Of a stretch of DNA of 64,000 bases, positions 51,606 through 62,790 are shown one piece after another. How positions within the stretch are numbered: the first letter of the stretch is position 1; each line of letters begins with the position of its first letter. This stretch comes from an uncultured Clostridia bacterium. Lineage in GTDB: Bacteria; Bacillota; Clostridia; TANB77; CAG-508. The DNA lies in NCBI GenBank assembly GCA_944386165.1, contig CALXAA010000007.1, positions 7,984-71,983 of the forward strand, given 5' to 3'. The translations under genes and the position numbers were made by a program. Under the pieces are notes generated by a model. The model was given only the letters and a program-made list of their open reading frames with translations, was not told the origin of the DNA and searched no databases.

Positions 51606-51890
51606 TTAGTCTTTTGCTGCATATGGTAATATAGCAATATGTCTAGCTCTTTTAACAGCAAGAGTTATGTCTCTTTGATGTTTTGCACATGCTCCTGTTG
51701 TTCTTCTTGGTAAAATTTTTCCTTTATCATTGATAAATTTCTTTAATTGATCAGCATTTTTAAAATCTAATACTAAGTTTTTATCACTGCATAATGGACA
51801 AACTTTTTTCTTAATCTTTTTTAATTTTGGATTATAATCATCATCATAATCTTTGTTTCTGTTATTTCTTTTTTTATTTTTATCTGCCAT
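51606..51890 (-). CDS. rpsR: 30S ribosomal protein S18
   Basis: [24 protein letters not shown]. Confidence 0.95.
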   Translation of the reverse strand: MADKNKKRNNRNKDYDDDYNPKLKKIKKKVCPLCSDKNLVLDFKNADQLKKFINDKGKILPRRTTGACAKHQRDITLAVKRARHIAILPYAAKD

Positions 51891-51910
51891 TTTTATTTTC
51901 CTCCTAGTTC

Positions 51911-52345
51911 CTAAAATGGTAGGTCATCACTTGAAGATATCTCAAAGTCTGTTCCTCCTGGCATTGCACCTGGAGTAGAATTTCCAAATGTATTTTCGAA
52001 TGAGTTGCTTCCTGCATCTCCTTCTCTTCTACTATCTGCAAAATATGCTTCTTCGGCAACAACTTCTGTAACATAGTGTTTTTGTCCTTGATCATCATCC
52101 CATGTTCTTGTTTGGATTCTTCCAATAATTCCTACTTGTTGACCTTTTTTAAAGTATTTTCCACAAAATTCTCCTAATTTGCTCCAAGCGACTATGTTTA
52201 TAAAGTCTGCTTGTCTTTCTTCTCCTTGTCTTACAAATCTTCTGTTTACTGCAAGTGAGAATGATGCAACTACTGTGTTGCTTGTTTGTGTATATCTTAT
52301 TTCTGGGTCTCTTGTTAATCTTCCCATTAAAATTACTTTATTCAT
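51911..52345 (-). CDS. ssb: single-stranded DNA-binding protein
   Basis: [15 protein letters not shown]-terminal DDLPF. Confidence 0.97.
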   Translation of the reverse strand: MNKVILMGRLTRDPEIRYTQTSNTVVASFSLAVNRRFVRQGEERQADFINIVAWSKLGEFCGKYFKKGQQVGIIGRIQTRTWDDDQGQKHYVTEVVAEEAYFADSRREGDAGSNSFENTFGNSTPGAMPGGTDFEISSSDDLPF

Positions 52346-52411
52346 ATTTTATACCTTTACCTTTCTACTTTAATTAGGCCCCTATATGATTAATTTTTAT
52401 ACTTTTATTAA

Positions 52412-52696
52412 TTAATCAATATTTTTTGTTGTTATAAATTTTAGTATTTCGTCTGTTATTCTGTAAACTCTTTCAAGTTCTGCAATAAGTGTTGGGTTTG
52501 CTTCAAATTTAAATACCATGTAATAAGCTTCTTTGTTTTTCTTGATTTCATAAGCTAATTTCTTTTTTCCCATGTTTACTACTTCAGCTACTTTACCATT
52601 TTCATTTATTAATCCTGTAAATTTGTCTTCTAAAGCTTTTAAACCAGCTTCATCAACATTAGGATTAATAATGATAACACTTTCGTAATTATTCAT
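52412..52696 (-). CDS. rpsF: 30S ribosomal protein S6
   Basis: YESVIII, GKKKLAYEI; rpsF-ssb-rpsR order. Confidence 0.95.
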   Translation of the reverse strand: MNNYESVIIINPNVDEAGLKALEDKFTGLINENGKVAEVVNMGKKKLAYEIKKNKEAYYMVFKFEANPTLIAELERVYRITDEILKFITTKNID

Positions 52697-52701
52697 TATT
52701 T

Positions 52702-52746
52702 TCACCTCCTCTTGGATATATAACTCATTTTGAAATGAGTAAGGTT
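52702..52746 (-). promoter_or_regulatory. S6:S18 autoregulatory leader
   Basis: CCTT-ACTCATTTCAAAATGAGT-TATATAT-CCA-AGAGGAGG: hairpin plus CCR trinucleotide just before an RBS that can pair with the upstream CCTT. Confidence 0.7.
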
Positions 52747-52796
52747 AGTGAATTTCTCACTAAACTATTATATAATATATATTATATAATAAAATA

Positions 52797-52822
52797 GAAA
52801 CAAACGAGTTATCGTTTGTTTC
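52797..52822 (-). terminator. terminator downstream of tRNA-Gly
   Basis: GAAACAAACGA-GTTA-TCGTTTGTTTC stem. Confidence 0.7.
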
Positions 52823-52827
52823 ATTTT

Positions 52828-52901
<74 letters not shown>

Positions 52902-53031
52902 ATGTTTGCCTCTCCTTAAGACATTTTTTATTATAATACTATGTTTATTTTTTGTCAATACTTTTTTTTAAATTTTTTTTATTTTTTTTATTTTTTTATA
53001 AAAAATGTTTTGGTGGCAAAACTTTTGTTTT

Positions 53032-54039
53032 TTATTCTTTGTTGTATTGGTATCCTAAATGTTCATAAGCTTTTGGCGTTACTAACCTTCCTCTTGGTGT
53101 TCTTGAAATAAAACCTATTTGAACTAGATATGGTTCATATACATCTTCTATTGTGTCTACTTCTTCTCCTAATGATGTTGCAATTGTTTCTGAACCCACT
53201 GGACGTCCATTGTATTGATTTATCATTAATTCTAATATTCGTCTATCTGTTTCATCTAATCCTAATTCGTCTATTTCTAATTGGTTTAGTGCGTGTTTTG
53301 CAATTTTTAGTGTGATGTCTCCATTTCCTAATACTAGTGCGTAATCACTTACTCTTTTTAATAATCTGTTTGCTATTCTTGGAGTTCCTCTTGATCTTCT
53401 TGCTATTTCATATGCTGCGTTTTCATCTATTTTTATTCCTAGAATTTTAGCAGATCTTATTACAATTGTTTTTAAGTCTTCAGGTGAGTATAATTCTAAT
53501 TTGTGTATTATTCCAAATCTGTCTCTTAATGGTGTGGTTAGCAAACCAGCTCTTGTGGTTGCTCCTATTAGTGTAAATTTAGGTAAGTCTATTCTGATGG
53601 ATTTGGCACTTGGTCCTTTCCCTATAACTATGTCTAATGTAAAATCTTCTAATGCAGGATATAATATTTCTTCAACATTTTTGGTTAATCTATGTATTTC
53701 ATCTATAAATAAAACATCATTTTCAGACAAGTTTGTTAATATTGCTGCTAAATCTCCTGGTTTTTCTATTGCTGGACCTGAGGTTATCTTTATATTTGAG
53801 TTCATTTCATTTGCAATAATATTTGCAATTGTTGTTTTTCCTAATCCTGGGGGACCATAAAATAAACAGTGGTCCAAAGAGTCTCCTCTTTTTTTGGCTG
53901 CTTCTATATATATTTTCATGTTTTCTTTTACTTTGGTTTGTCCTATATATTCATCTAAAAAATGTGGTCTTAAAGATTTTTCCAATTTTTCTTCTATTTG
54001 ATTTTCTACTTCAGGTCTTATATTAAAATCTTCTTCCAT
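53032..54039 (-). CDS. ruvB: Holliday junction helicase RuvB
   Basis: [41 protein letters not shown]. Confidence 0.97.
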   Translation of the reverse strand: MEEDFNIRPEVENQIEEKLEKSLRPHFLDEYIGQTKVKENMKIYIEAAKKRGDSLDHCLFYGPPGLGKTTIANIIANEMNSNIKITSGPAIEKPGDLAAILTNLSENDVLFIDEIHRLTKNVEEILYPALEDFTLDIVIGKGPSAKSIRIDLPKFTLIGATTRAGLLTTPLRDRFGIIHKLELYSPEDLKTIVIRSAKILGIKIDENAAYEIARRSRGTPRIANRLLKRVSDYALVLGNGDITLKIAKHALNQLEIDELGLDETDRRILELMINQYNGRPVGSETIATSLGEEVDTIEDVYEPYLVQIGFISRTPRGRLVTPKAYEHLGYQYNKE

Positions 54040-54146
54040 TAATTTTCCCTATATGATTTTTATAATCATGTTTTCCTTTCATTTATTGTTCAGTTTACAA
54101 ATAGATTATAACATACATTTATTACAAAATACAATAATAAATTAAA

Positions 54147-54180
54147 AAGTACTAATTTAGTGTATCTCTAAATTAGTACT
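54147..54180 (-). terminator. intrinsic terminator
   Basis: AGTACTAATTTAG-N7-CTAAATTAGTACT stem with U tract. Confidence 0.7.
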
Positions 54181-54190
54181 GACATTATTT

Positions 54191-54901
54191 TTATTTATTT
54201 TTTTCTAATATTTCATCATAAAAACATACTGTTGCTGTTTGCATATATGGAATTAACCATAATAGTCCTATTCCAAAAGTAAGTACAGAGATAATTGCCC
54301 AGCCTAGGAATGATAGAATTAAAACAAAATAGTCGCCTTTATGTCCTTTCATAAGTCTTGCACTCTCATTTACAGCTTCAAAGGCATTTATATTAGCATT
54401 ATCATAAGATATATAATAGCTTAAAGTATATCTTAAACCAATTACAACAGCATATACCATTGCAGCTAAATAAACAATAACCCCAACTACTAATAATCCA
54501 AAACTTATTTTATAAGAAGAACATGCCATTATAACAAATAATACTATTCCTACTATAATGCAAATTATAGGTAATATCATTTTTATAATTGTTGCTACCA
54601 TTAAACTCCATGATTTAACAAAGTTTGTAAAAGCTAATTTTATAAAATCTAAAACTTTTACTTCTTCATTTCTTTTTAGTTTTATAAAAGCATATGTTGT
54701 TCCTAAACCTAATGGAACACTTACAAATGTTAAGATTCCTGACAATATATTTGCAACAATTATATTGTCTTTTACTAATTTTACTGTTAGTAAGTTAATT
54801 GAAACAATAATTAACATTAATATAAATGTTATTATTGCACCTTTACTCCACTTTCCAGCAAGTGCTTCTCTTGCTTTTTTTCTAATGTTTGTTGCTATCA
54901 T
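54191..54901 (-). CDS. DUF975 family membrane protein
   Basis: AREALAGKW, SARLMKGHKG, SFLGW, LWLIPY. Confidence 0.85.
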   Translation of the reverse strand: MIATNIRKKAREALAGKWSKGAIITFILMLIIVSINLLTVKLVKDNIIVANILSGILTFVSVPLGLGTTYAFIKLKRNEEVKVLDFIKLAFTNFVKSWSLMVATIIKMILPIICIIVGIVLFVIMACSSYKISFGLLVVGVIVYLAAMVYAVVIGLRYTLSYYISYDNANINAFEAVNESARLMKGHKGDYFVLILSFLGWAIISVLTFGIGLLWLIPYMQTATVCFYDEILEKNK

Positions 54902-54992
54902 TTTTATAACTCCTCTCTTTTGTATTTTTATACAATGATTATATAAGTTTTATAAATTTTTTTCAAGTTTTTTGTAAATTTTCTTAAAAAAA

Positions 54993-55163
54993 TTATATAA
55001 TTATTTCAATTGTTATTTTTGATTTTTGTTCATTAATTTTTTTGTTTGAATGTGTTTCTACTTCTTCAATTCCAAAAAAGTTAAAAATAAATTTTTTTAA
55101 TTTTCTTTTGAATATTGCAAATGTGCTTTCTCTTCTAACAATAATCCATTTACTTTGTTCCAT
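54993..55163 (-). CDS. small hypothetical protein (56 aa, absent from the ORF track)
   Basis: RBS AAGAGAGGT, ATG 55163, MEQSKWIIVRRESTFAIFKRKLKKFIFNFFGIEEVETHSNKKINEQKSKITIEIII, TAA at 54993. Confidence 0.55.
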   Translation of the reverse strand: MEQSKWIIVRRESTFAIFKRKLKKFIFNFFGIEEVETHSNKKINEQKSKITIEIII

Positions 55164-55190
55164 TTTTTAACCTCTCTTTAAATTTATATC

Positions 55191-57092
55191 TTATTGTTTT
55201 AAAAGTTTTTCAAGAACTATAATAAACATTGCGTGTGACCAACCAAGTCCAATTACCCAATTTGGTTTTAATGTTGAATTATCTATTTGTTCTCCTAGCA
55301 GACTATGTTTTCCTATTGTATTTAGTACAAAATCAAAAGTTTCTTTTGCTTTTTTCTTTTCTCCTAATTCCAAATAATACAATGTCATCCATAAATTCGA
55401 AATTGGCCAAGGTGAACCTTTTCTATAATTGTCAAATTCATATCTTTGGTATCCACCTGTATAAGTTCTAAGAGTTAGATTAATGTTGTCAACCGTGTTT
55501 AAAATTCTTTTTTCTTTTGGAGAATATATATTAAATGGATAAACAGCCCCTAGTAAGCTTATATCCATCCTCCTGTCTTCAGTATTTCTTACATAAGATT
55601 TTCTGTTTTCATCATATAAATTATCTTCAATATATTTTTTTATCTCAACCTGTAATTCAGTAATTTCGTTTATATTCTTATTTATTTTTTCATCTTTTAA
55701 TCTATTGTTTTCAAAATCAGAAACATTTTTTCCTAAAACTTTATATATTTTTTTCATACTTTCAAAAGCTGCAATTATACTTGCTAAAGAATAAAAATGT
55801 ACTCCTTTATCATTTTCTTCCCAAATATCATAGCTTACTTTATATCTATTAGTTTGTTCAAAAATATCTTTTACATATTTTTTAAGAAATGTTATTGCTA
55901 ATTCACACATATGTAAATTATCTTTCAAGAATTCTTCATTACTAGTATATTCATAATGATTATACACTCCATAAACAACACTTGCTGTTTCATCTACTTG
56001 ATATCCCCAAGATGGTGCTAGTTTTCCATCAGTATAAAAACGTTGTTCCCACATTCCATTTTTACTTTGAGTCTTTTTACAAAATTTATTATAAAATTTA
56101 TCTGAAATATCATTCATTTTTAATATATCCAAAGCTTTTGTCATAAAAACAGCATCTCTTGGCCAGCAATATGCATATCTACCACATTGAGTCAAGTTTT
56201 CATCAACTTCAGCAGCAGCAATAATTCCTCCAGTTTCAAAATTTGTTAATAATGGAAATAATAAAATGCTTCTTTTATATATTTGAATTATTTTTTCATC
56301 ATAACTACTTTGAGGTTCACCTATTTTAAGTCCATCATGTTCTTTAACATATTTTCTCCAATAAGCTTTAACATCATTATATTCCTTATTTAAATCTATT
56401 TTTTTAATTCTTTCAACTTCATCTATGAATTCATTCATAGTTTTCTTTTTTTCATCAATGTAAATACATATTTCTATATCTTTTCTTTCTCCTGGATGAA
56501 TTAATCCAATATCAAAACTTATACTTGAATCTTTTGACATTCCAATATAATCTTTTCCACCAATTATTCCTGTAGCAATATTACTTTGTGAATTATTAAT
56601 TTGGCAACTTAATAATTTATCACTTTTGGCAAAAGTCGCAACAGAAAAATCATGTGCAAATTGTACCATTCCATTATCTAATTCCATTCCACTAACAAAA
56701 TTATTCTGATCTGATAATAATTCAGAGTGAATTAAGAAATTAATATTTTGTTCAATATGGCTTTCATTTATAAAAGAATATTTTTTTATAAGTATATCTT
56801 CTTTTATAGAAACAAAGTCTGTTTGTACAATTTTTAAATTAAAATATGTATTTGTTATCTCAGTATTTAAAATGTTTGTATCTACATCATAATATTGTAA
56901 ATATGTATTGTTTATATCATCATGTAAATAAATTATATTTGAATCATTTACTTTTACTCCTGTATGAAAATAGTTTAAATATTGCCTATTATCACAATTT
57001 GGATATGATAGTCTTAGCATTTCTCCTTTATAAGAAAATGTTGCGAGTATTCTACTATTTCCTATTATTGCTTCATTTAAATATTTATTCAT
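55191..57092 (-). CDS. glycoside hydrolase family 15 (glucoamylase-like)
   Basis: GGIIAA, YAYCWPRD, QVDETAS, YDIWEE, LGWSHAMF. Confidence 0.85.
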   Translation of the reverse strand: MNKYLNEAIIGNSRILATFSYKGEMLRLSYPNCDNRQYLNYFHTGVKVNDSNIIYLHDDINNTYLQYYDVDTNILNTEITNTYFNLKIVQTDFVSIKEDILIKKYSFINESHIEQNINFLIHSELLSDQNNFVSGMELDNGMVQFAHDFSVATFAKSDKLLSCQINNSQSNIATGIIGGKDYIGMSKDSSISFDIGLIHPGERKDIEICIYIDEKKKTMNEFIDEVERIKKIDLNKEYNDVKAYWRKYVKEHDGLKIGEPQSSYDEKIIQIYKRSILLFPLLTNFETGGIIAAAEVDENLTQCGRYAYCWPRDAVFMTKALDILKMNDISDKFYNKFCKKTQSKNGMWEQRFYTDGKLAPSWGYQVDETASVVYGVYNHYEYTSNEEFLKDNLHMCELAITFLKKYVKDIFEQTNRYKVSYDIWEENDKGVHFYSLASIIAAFESMKKIYKVLGKNVSDFENNRLKDEKINKNINEITELQVEIKKYIEDNLYDENRKSYVRNTEDRRMDISLLGAVYPFNIYSPKEKRILNTVDNINLTLRTYTGGYQRYEFDNYRKGSPWPISNLWMTLYYLELGEKKKAKETFDFVLNTIGKHSLLGEQIDNSTLKPNWVIGLGWSHAMFIIVLEKLLKQ

Positions 57093-57125
57093 TGTTACTT
57101 TAATCCCTTTCTTTTCGCTAAAATT

Positions 57126-58769
57126 TTAACCTTCCACTACATTTAAAATTTGTTTTTCTAAATCTTTTATTTTTTCATTTATTCTAAATATATCTTCATC
57201 ATGAAGTTCATTATTTCCAACATCTTCTTGTACCATTACTTTCATATCGTTAAATTCATTTTGTAATTTTTCTAATCTCTTTAATACTTCATCTCTTAAT
57301 GATTCAACTTTCTTTATTTTTATTTTATTTACAATTCTAAGTTCATCATCAATTTGATATGTCTCTCCAAATTCAGGTATAGAAACACCTATTCCTGTTT
57401 CTTCAAGAATTTTATTTTTTAATACTTCTTCAGATTCTTCTTCTCCATGTACTAAAAATATATGCTTTGGTTTTGAAAAAAATGAATAAATAAAATTCAT
57501 AAGCCATTCTTGATCTGCATGTCCAGAATATCCTTCAATATACTCAATTCTTGCATTTACAGCAAATTCTTCACCAAATATTGTAACTGTTTTAGCTCCA
57601 TTTACAATTTCATACCCTAAAGTTCCTGGAGCTTGATAGCCTACAAAAAGAATTGTACTTTTTGGATTCCAAATATTATGTTTTAGATGATGTTTAATTC
57701 TTCCAACATCACACATTCCACTTGCAGAAATAATTATAGATGGCTCATTACTTTCATTTAGAGCTTTTGATTCATCTGCTGTTCTTGTAAATTTTAAACC
57801 TGGAAATTCTAATGGATTATTTCCATTATTCATTTCTTCTTGTACTTCTTCGTCAAATAAATCCGTATTTTCTCTAAAGACTTGAGTTGCAGAAATTGCT
57901 AATGGACTATCAACATATACAGGAACTTTCATTAATGTTTGGTATTTTTTCATAAATTCTTCATCATGTCTGCTTTCTTTTATTTTGTTTATTTCGTATA
58001 AAATTTCTTGAGTTCTTCCCACAGCAAATGAAGGAATTACAACAGTTCCTCCATTATCAATTGTTTCTGAAACTATATCTAAGAATAATTCTGCTTTTTG
58101 GTCATTTCGTACATGTAGTCTACTTCCATAAGTAGATTCCATAACTAAATAATCACAACTGTCTATCATTGTTGGTTCAGATAAAAGTGGAATATCATTA
58201 TTTCCTATATCTCCAGAAAATACAGTCTTGGTTTCTTTTCCATCTTCTCTAACCCAAACTTCAATAATACTTGAACCTAACATATGTCCTGCATCATTAA
58301 AACGTACAAATATATTTTCATCAACTTGTATTATATCATCATACTTTACAGGAACAAATATTTCCATACATTTAGTCGCATCTTCAGCTGTATAAAGAGG
58401 TGGTCTTATATCTTGACCTTTTCTTATTCTTTTTTTATTTTTCCATTCAGCCTCCATTTCCTGAATATGACCACTATCTGGTAACATTATTTGACACAAA
58501 TCACATGTTGCTTTATGTGCATATATTGGACCTCTAAAGCCTTCATTATAAAGTTTTGGAATTCTTCCAGAATGATCTATATGTGCATGTGTTAATAACA
58601 TAAAGTCTAATTCTGCTGGATTATAATCAAAGTCTCTATAATTTTCTTCTTCTAATTGTGCTTTTCCTTGATACATTCCACAATCAACTATAAATTTTTT
58701 TCCTGCTGCCTCTACTAAAAAATTTGAACCAGTTACCATTTTGGTTGCACCTAAAAATGTAATTTTCAT
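57126..58769 (-). CDS. MBL-fold beta-CASP RNA-processing metallohydrolase
   Basis: LTHAHIDHSG, AGHMLGS, FSGD, MESTYG, GRTQE, YSGHAD. Confidence 0.9.
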   Translation of the reverse strand: MKITFLGATKMVTGSNFLVEAAGKKFIVDCGMYQGKAQLEEENYRDFDYNPAELDFMLLTHAHIDHSGRIPKLYNEGFRGPIYAHKATCDLCQIMLPDSGHIQEMEAEWKNKKRIRKGQDIRPPLYTAEDATKCMEIFVPVKYDDIIQVDENIFVRFNDAGHMLGSSIIEVWVREDGKETKTVFSGDIGNNDIPLLSEPTMIDSCDYLVMESTYGSRLHVRNDQKAELFLDIVSETIDNGGTVVIPSFAVGRTQEILYEINKIKESRHDEEFMKKYQTLMKVPVYVDSPLAISATQVFRENTDLFDEEVQEEMNNGNNPLEFPGLKFTRTADESKALNESNEPSIIISASGMCDVGRIKHHLKHNIWNPKSTILFVGYQAPGTLGYEIVNGAKTVTIFGEEFAVNARIEYIEGYSGHADQEWLMNFIYSFFSKPKHIFLVHGEEESEEVLKNKILEETGIGVSIPEFGETYQIDDELRIVNKIKIKKVESLRDEVLKRLEKLQNEFNDMKVMVQEDVGNNELHDEDIFRINEKIKDLEKQILNVVEG

Positions 58770-58787
58770 TAATTTTTCCTCCGTACC

Positions 58788-60314
58788 CTAAATGAATATT
58801 TTAACTTTTTTGTTAACTTTATTTTTTTCTATATTGTTAATTAAATATTTTTCTTCTGAAATTTTCTCATCAAAAATCTGAACATATTTTTTATCATATT
58901 CAAGAAATATTTTATAATATAATTGATCTAACTCAATTATTCTTGTTTCAAATATATGTGTCCATACTTCAAATGGAACATTGTTTGAAATAATTTTGTG
59001 TTTTTTAGCTTGTTTCATTAATTCTCTTTCTATTTCAATAGTTTCATTTTCTAAAGAATCTACGTTTTTTATATTTTTGGTTTCATCAAATGGTAATAAC
59101 ATATAATATCTAAATTTGTATATAAGTTTTACTAAATTGTATTCATTTGCTTCTTCTATTATTTTTCTAAAGCATTTTAAGAATATTTTTTCAAATTCAA
59201 TATATAATTTTTCTTCTTCTTCTTTTGTATAATAAATTGTTTCAAATAAGTTTTTTTCAATATAAATATTATCTTTTAATTCTATAAAATTATTAGGTTT
59301 TAAATTATTATTTATTTCTTCTATATTACTTAGTAATTCCCTTATTTTTGTTTTAATTTGCTGTTTTAAAACTTTTACACTAAAAATTTTCTTTTCAATA
59401 GGAACTCCATCATTTATTTTATAATATTCTTCTTTAATACTTTTTTCTGAACTTAAAATTTTTTGAAGATTTGCAATTTCTCTTTCAGCTGCTTTTTTTT
59501 TGTCTGTTAACTCATTTATGTATTTTGGCACATCATTTATCAGATTAATTTTTATTTGTATATCATTTAGCTTCTGCATATTATCTTTTTTAAATGAGTA
59601 ATTAACATTAGCTTCATTTATAATTGAAATTCTTTCAATTATATCTTCCATATTTTTTGAAATTTCATCTCCAAATTTATTGCCTATTTCTTTTTTAAGC
59701 AAGTCAAAATAGTCTATAAATCCATCAGTATCTAGAGTCCAATTTTGCATAAATTCTTCGCCAACTAATATTTGTAAAGTTTGGAAAACTAAATTAGCTT
59801 TAATATTTTCTATCTCACTTTTTACTGTAGTCCAAGACCATCCATTAAAGTCTCTTAAAACTTCAACTCTATCAATATTTTTTCCTGTTATTATTAAGTC
59901 TGATATTACACTAGAAAAAATACCATATTTAGTATTTACAATTTTCTTATTATTAGTGCTTTTTTCTATTGCATATAATAATTTTTCTTCTATAGGATAT
60001 GTAATAATTTGTTTCTCATCAGAATAAAACTTATTTTTATCTAATTCTTCTTTAACTTGGGTACTCCCGATTTTATCATTAAAGCTTACTGTTATTATTT
60101 TATTACATTTTCTTTTTATATTTGTAATAATTTCATCTACATATTGCTTTTCTGTTTTATTTATAACTTTAGCTTTTTTGTAATCATTATAAGAAACTTC
60201 TATTTTGTATAAAATACCTTGGAGAAGATTTTTTGTTTTTTCATCTATATCTTTTTGCTCTAATACTGATTCTAAAATTTCATTTCTGTCTCTTTTTATT
60301 ATTTTTTCAAACAT
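58788..60314 (-). CDS. hypothetical coiled-coil protein
   Basis: 508-aa ORF, host-like composition, no recognisable motif. Confidence 0.7.
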   Translation of the reverse strand: MFEKIIKRDRNEILESVLEQKDIDEKTKNLLQGILYKIEVSYNDYKKAKVINKTEKQYVDEIITNIKRKCNKIITVSFNDKIGSTQVKEELDKNKFYSDEKQIITYPIEEKLLYAIEKSTNNKKIVNTKYGIFSSVISDLIITGKNIDRVEVLRDFNGWSWTTVKSEIENIKANLVFQTLQILVGEEFMQNWTLDTDGFIDYFDLLKKEIGNKFGDEISKNMEDIIERISIINEANVNYSFKKDNMQKLNDIQIKINLINDVPKYINELTDKKKAAEREIANLQKILSSEKSIKEEYYKINDGVPIEKKIFSVKVLKQQIKTKIRELLSNIEEINNNLKPNNFIELKDNIYIEKNLFETIYYTKEEEEKLYIEFEKIFLKCFRKIIEEANEYNLVKLIYKFRYYMLLPFDETKNIKNVDSLENETIEIERELMKQAKKHKIISNNVPFEVWTHIFETRIIELDQLYYKIFLEYDKKYVQIFDEKISEEKYLINNIEKNKVNKKVKIFI

Positions 60315-60338
60315 ATCTTCCCCACCTTTCTTTTGTAA

Positions 60339-62726
60339 CTAGTTTTCTTCAGTCGATGTCCCCATTTTTAGTTCTTCCCATTTTTCCTTTGTCATTAAAA
60401 CTTGACGTGGTTTACTTCCTTGATAACCTGAAATAATTCCTCTTTCTTCCATTTGATCTATTATTCTACCAGCACGAGCATAACCTACATTAAATCTTCT
60501 TTGAATAAAAGATGTTGATGCTTGTCCTGCTTCTATAACTAATTCAATTGCTTCCATTAAATGTTCATCTGTTTTTTCTCCAGATTCTTTAGAATTTGTT
60601 TCTTGAATTTCTTTATCTGTTTTTCCACTATTTTCTATTGTATCCAAAATATCTTCATTGTATGTAGCTTCTCCATTTGATTTTACAAATGACACTATTT
60701 TTTCAACTTCATCATCAGATACAAATGCTCCTTGAATTCTAGTTGGTTTTGTTGCTCCTGTAGGATAAAATAACATATCACCTTTTCCAAGTAACTTTTC
60801 TGCACCTACTTGATCTAAAATAGTTCTTGAATCTACTTGTGATGATACTGCAAAAGCAATTCTTGATGGTATATTTGCTTTAATTATACCTGTAATTACA
60901 TCAACAGATGGTCTTTGAGTTGCTATTATTAAATGCATTCCTGCAGCTCTTGCCTTTTGTGCTAAACGGCAAATTGAGTCTTCAACATCTTTTGCTGCAA
61001 CCATCATTAAATCTGCCAACTCATCTATTATAATTAGTATTTGTGGTAATTTTCCAGCACCTTCTTCTTTTTCTACTAAAGCATTATATCCTTTTAAATC
61101 TCTAACTCCTTTTTGGGCAAATAAATTATATCTATTATCCATTTCTTGAACAGCCCATGCAAGTGCTCCAGCTGCTTTTTTAGGATCTGTAACAACTGGT
61201 ATTAATAAATGTGGTATTCCATTATATACAGATAATTCAACAACTTTTGGGTCAACCATTAATAGTTTTACTTCACTTGGTTTTGCCTTATAAATTATAC
61301 TTGTTATGATTGTATTAATACAAACACTTTTACCAGAACCTGTAGAACCAGCTATTAATGTATGTGGCATTTTTGCCATATCTGCTATTACAACCTTTCC
61401 AGCAACATCTTTTCCAAGAGCTACACTCATTTTAGATTTGCTATCTTCAAATTCATCACTTTCAAGTACTTCTCTTAAATGAACCATTTCCTTTTCTTGA
61501 TTTGGAACTTCTATGCCTACTGCTTGTTTTCCTGGAATTGGTGCTTCAATTCTTATTGTTTCTGCTGCCAAGTTAAGTGCTATATCATCTGCTAAGTTTG
61601 CAATTTTACTAACACGAACTCCTTCAGCAGGTTTTAGTTCATATCTTGTTATTGCAGGTCCAACAGTAACATTTTCTACTCTTGCTTGAACTCCAAAACT
61701 ATATAATGTTTTCTGTAATTTAGTAGCTACATCTGTTAATGCCTTTGCTCCACCCTTTATTGCTTTTTTCTCTCCTTTACTTAATAACTCTATTGGTGGA
61801 TATTGATAATTTTCATCTTCAACAGAAATAGCGTGTTCTAATTGTAAAACTTGTTTTGTTTTATCTTCTTTTTGTTCTTCTTCTTTTTTAAATAAATCAT
61901 TTTCAATATAATCAGGTTCAGTATTTGAGTTTTCTGGATTTACTCTTCCATTTAAGTTTATTTTTATTTGTTCATCTTTTTCTGGTTCATCATCTACATC
62001 TAAGTAGGCTCTTCTATTTTCTTCTCTTAATTTAGCTCTTTTTTCTTTTTGTGATAATTTTTCTTGCTTAGCTTGTTCTTTAGCCATAGCAATTTTTTCT
62101 TTTTTTTGTAATTGTTTGTTTTCTCTTTCTTCTAGTTTTTGTTCATGTTTTTCTTTACTATTGTCAACCATGTTTTGCATCTTATTTCTAATTATTTCTG
62201 AAACATCTATTCCAAAAGTTGTCGCAAATAGAATTATTGCAGCACCTATACTTATAATTATTGTTCCAACTTTTCCAAATAGTTTAAATAATGGAACTGC
62301 TGCAATTGTTCCTAGTGCTCCTCCTCCTATATTGTTTTCTCCGAGTTGATATGCATCTTTTACAATTTCAGATAAGTTTTGTTCAATATTTATCTCTCCA
62401 TTATATATTTGTATTACACTTAATATTACTGCTATAAAAATTAAAAGTAAGGTATATTGGAATAATTTTGATGAAATATATCCATCATCATCAACACATG
62501 CCATTTTAATTGCTACTATAAATGCTCCAATTGGTAATATGTATTTTAGAAATCCTAACATTCCACCAAAGAAATCACTTAATGCAATTCCAACTGTTCC
62601 TGATTGAGTATATATTAATACTGTTAATAAAATACTAAAAATTATTACTAATATTAAACTAATATCTTGTGTATTATTTTGTTTTTTCTTTTTCTTATTT
62701 TTTCTTTTTGCCACAATACTCCACAT
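60339..62726 (-). CDS. ftsK: DNA translocase FtsK/SpoIIIE
   Basis: N-terminal TMs, GSTGSGKS, IIDELADLM, ATQRPSVDV, gamma domain GYARAGR. Confidence 0.95.
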   Translation of the reverse strand: MWSIVAKRKNKKKKKQNNTQDISLILVIIFSILLTVLIYTQSGTVGIALSDFFGGMLGFLKYILPIGAFIVAIKMACVDDDGYISSKLFQYTLLLIFIAVILSVIQIYNGEINIEQNLSEIVKDAYQLGENNIGGGALGTIAAVPLFKLFGKVGTIIISIGAAIILFATTFGIDVSEIIRNKMQNMVDNSKEKHEQKLEERENKQLQKKEKIAMAKEQAKQEKLSQKEKRAKLREENRRAYLDVDDEPEKDEQIKINLNGRVNPENSNTEPDYIENDLFKKEEEQKEDKTKQVLQLEHAISVEDENYQYPPIELLSKGEKKAIKGGAKALTDVATKLQKTLYSFGVQARVENVTVGPAITRYELKPAEGVRVSKIANLADDIALNLAAETIRIEAPIPGKQAVGIEVPNQEKEMVHLREVLESDEFEDSKSKMSVALGKDVAGKVVIADMAKMPHTLIAGSTGSGKSVCINTIITSIIYKAKPSEVKLLMVDPKVVELSVYNGIPHLLIPVVTDPKKAAGALAWAVQEMDNRYNLFAQKGVRDLKGYNALVEKEEGAGKLPQILIIIDELADLMMVAAKDVEDSICRLAQKARAAGMHLIIATQRPSVDVITGIIKANIPSRIAFAVSSQVDSRTILDQVGAEKLLGKGDMLFYPTGATKPTRIQGAFVSDDEVEKIVSFVKSNGEATYNEDILDTIENSGKTDKEIQETNSKESGEKTDEHLMEAIELVIEAGQASTSFIQRRFNVGYARAGRIIDQMEERGIISGYQGSKPRQVLMTKEKWEELKMGTSTEEN

Positions 62727-62748
62727 TCCTCTCTTTAATGTTTAAAAT

Positions 62749-62787
62749 AGGGACACAACTTATGTTGTGTAACATAAGGGTGTCCCC
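62749..62787 (-). terminator. hairpin / probable terminator
   Basis: GGGACAC..CTTATGTT-GTGT-AACATAAG..GTGTCCC stem. Confidence 0.55.
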
Positions 62788-62790
62788 ATT

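Noticed and set aside
51904..52125. 73-aa minus-strand ORF overlapping ssb
   Set aside because: Alternative frame inside an intact ssb that ends in DDLPF; no CGG junction.
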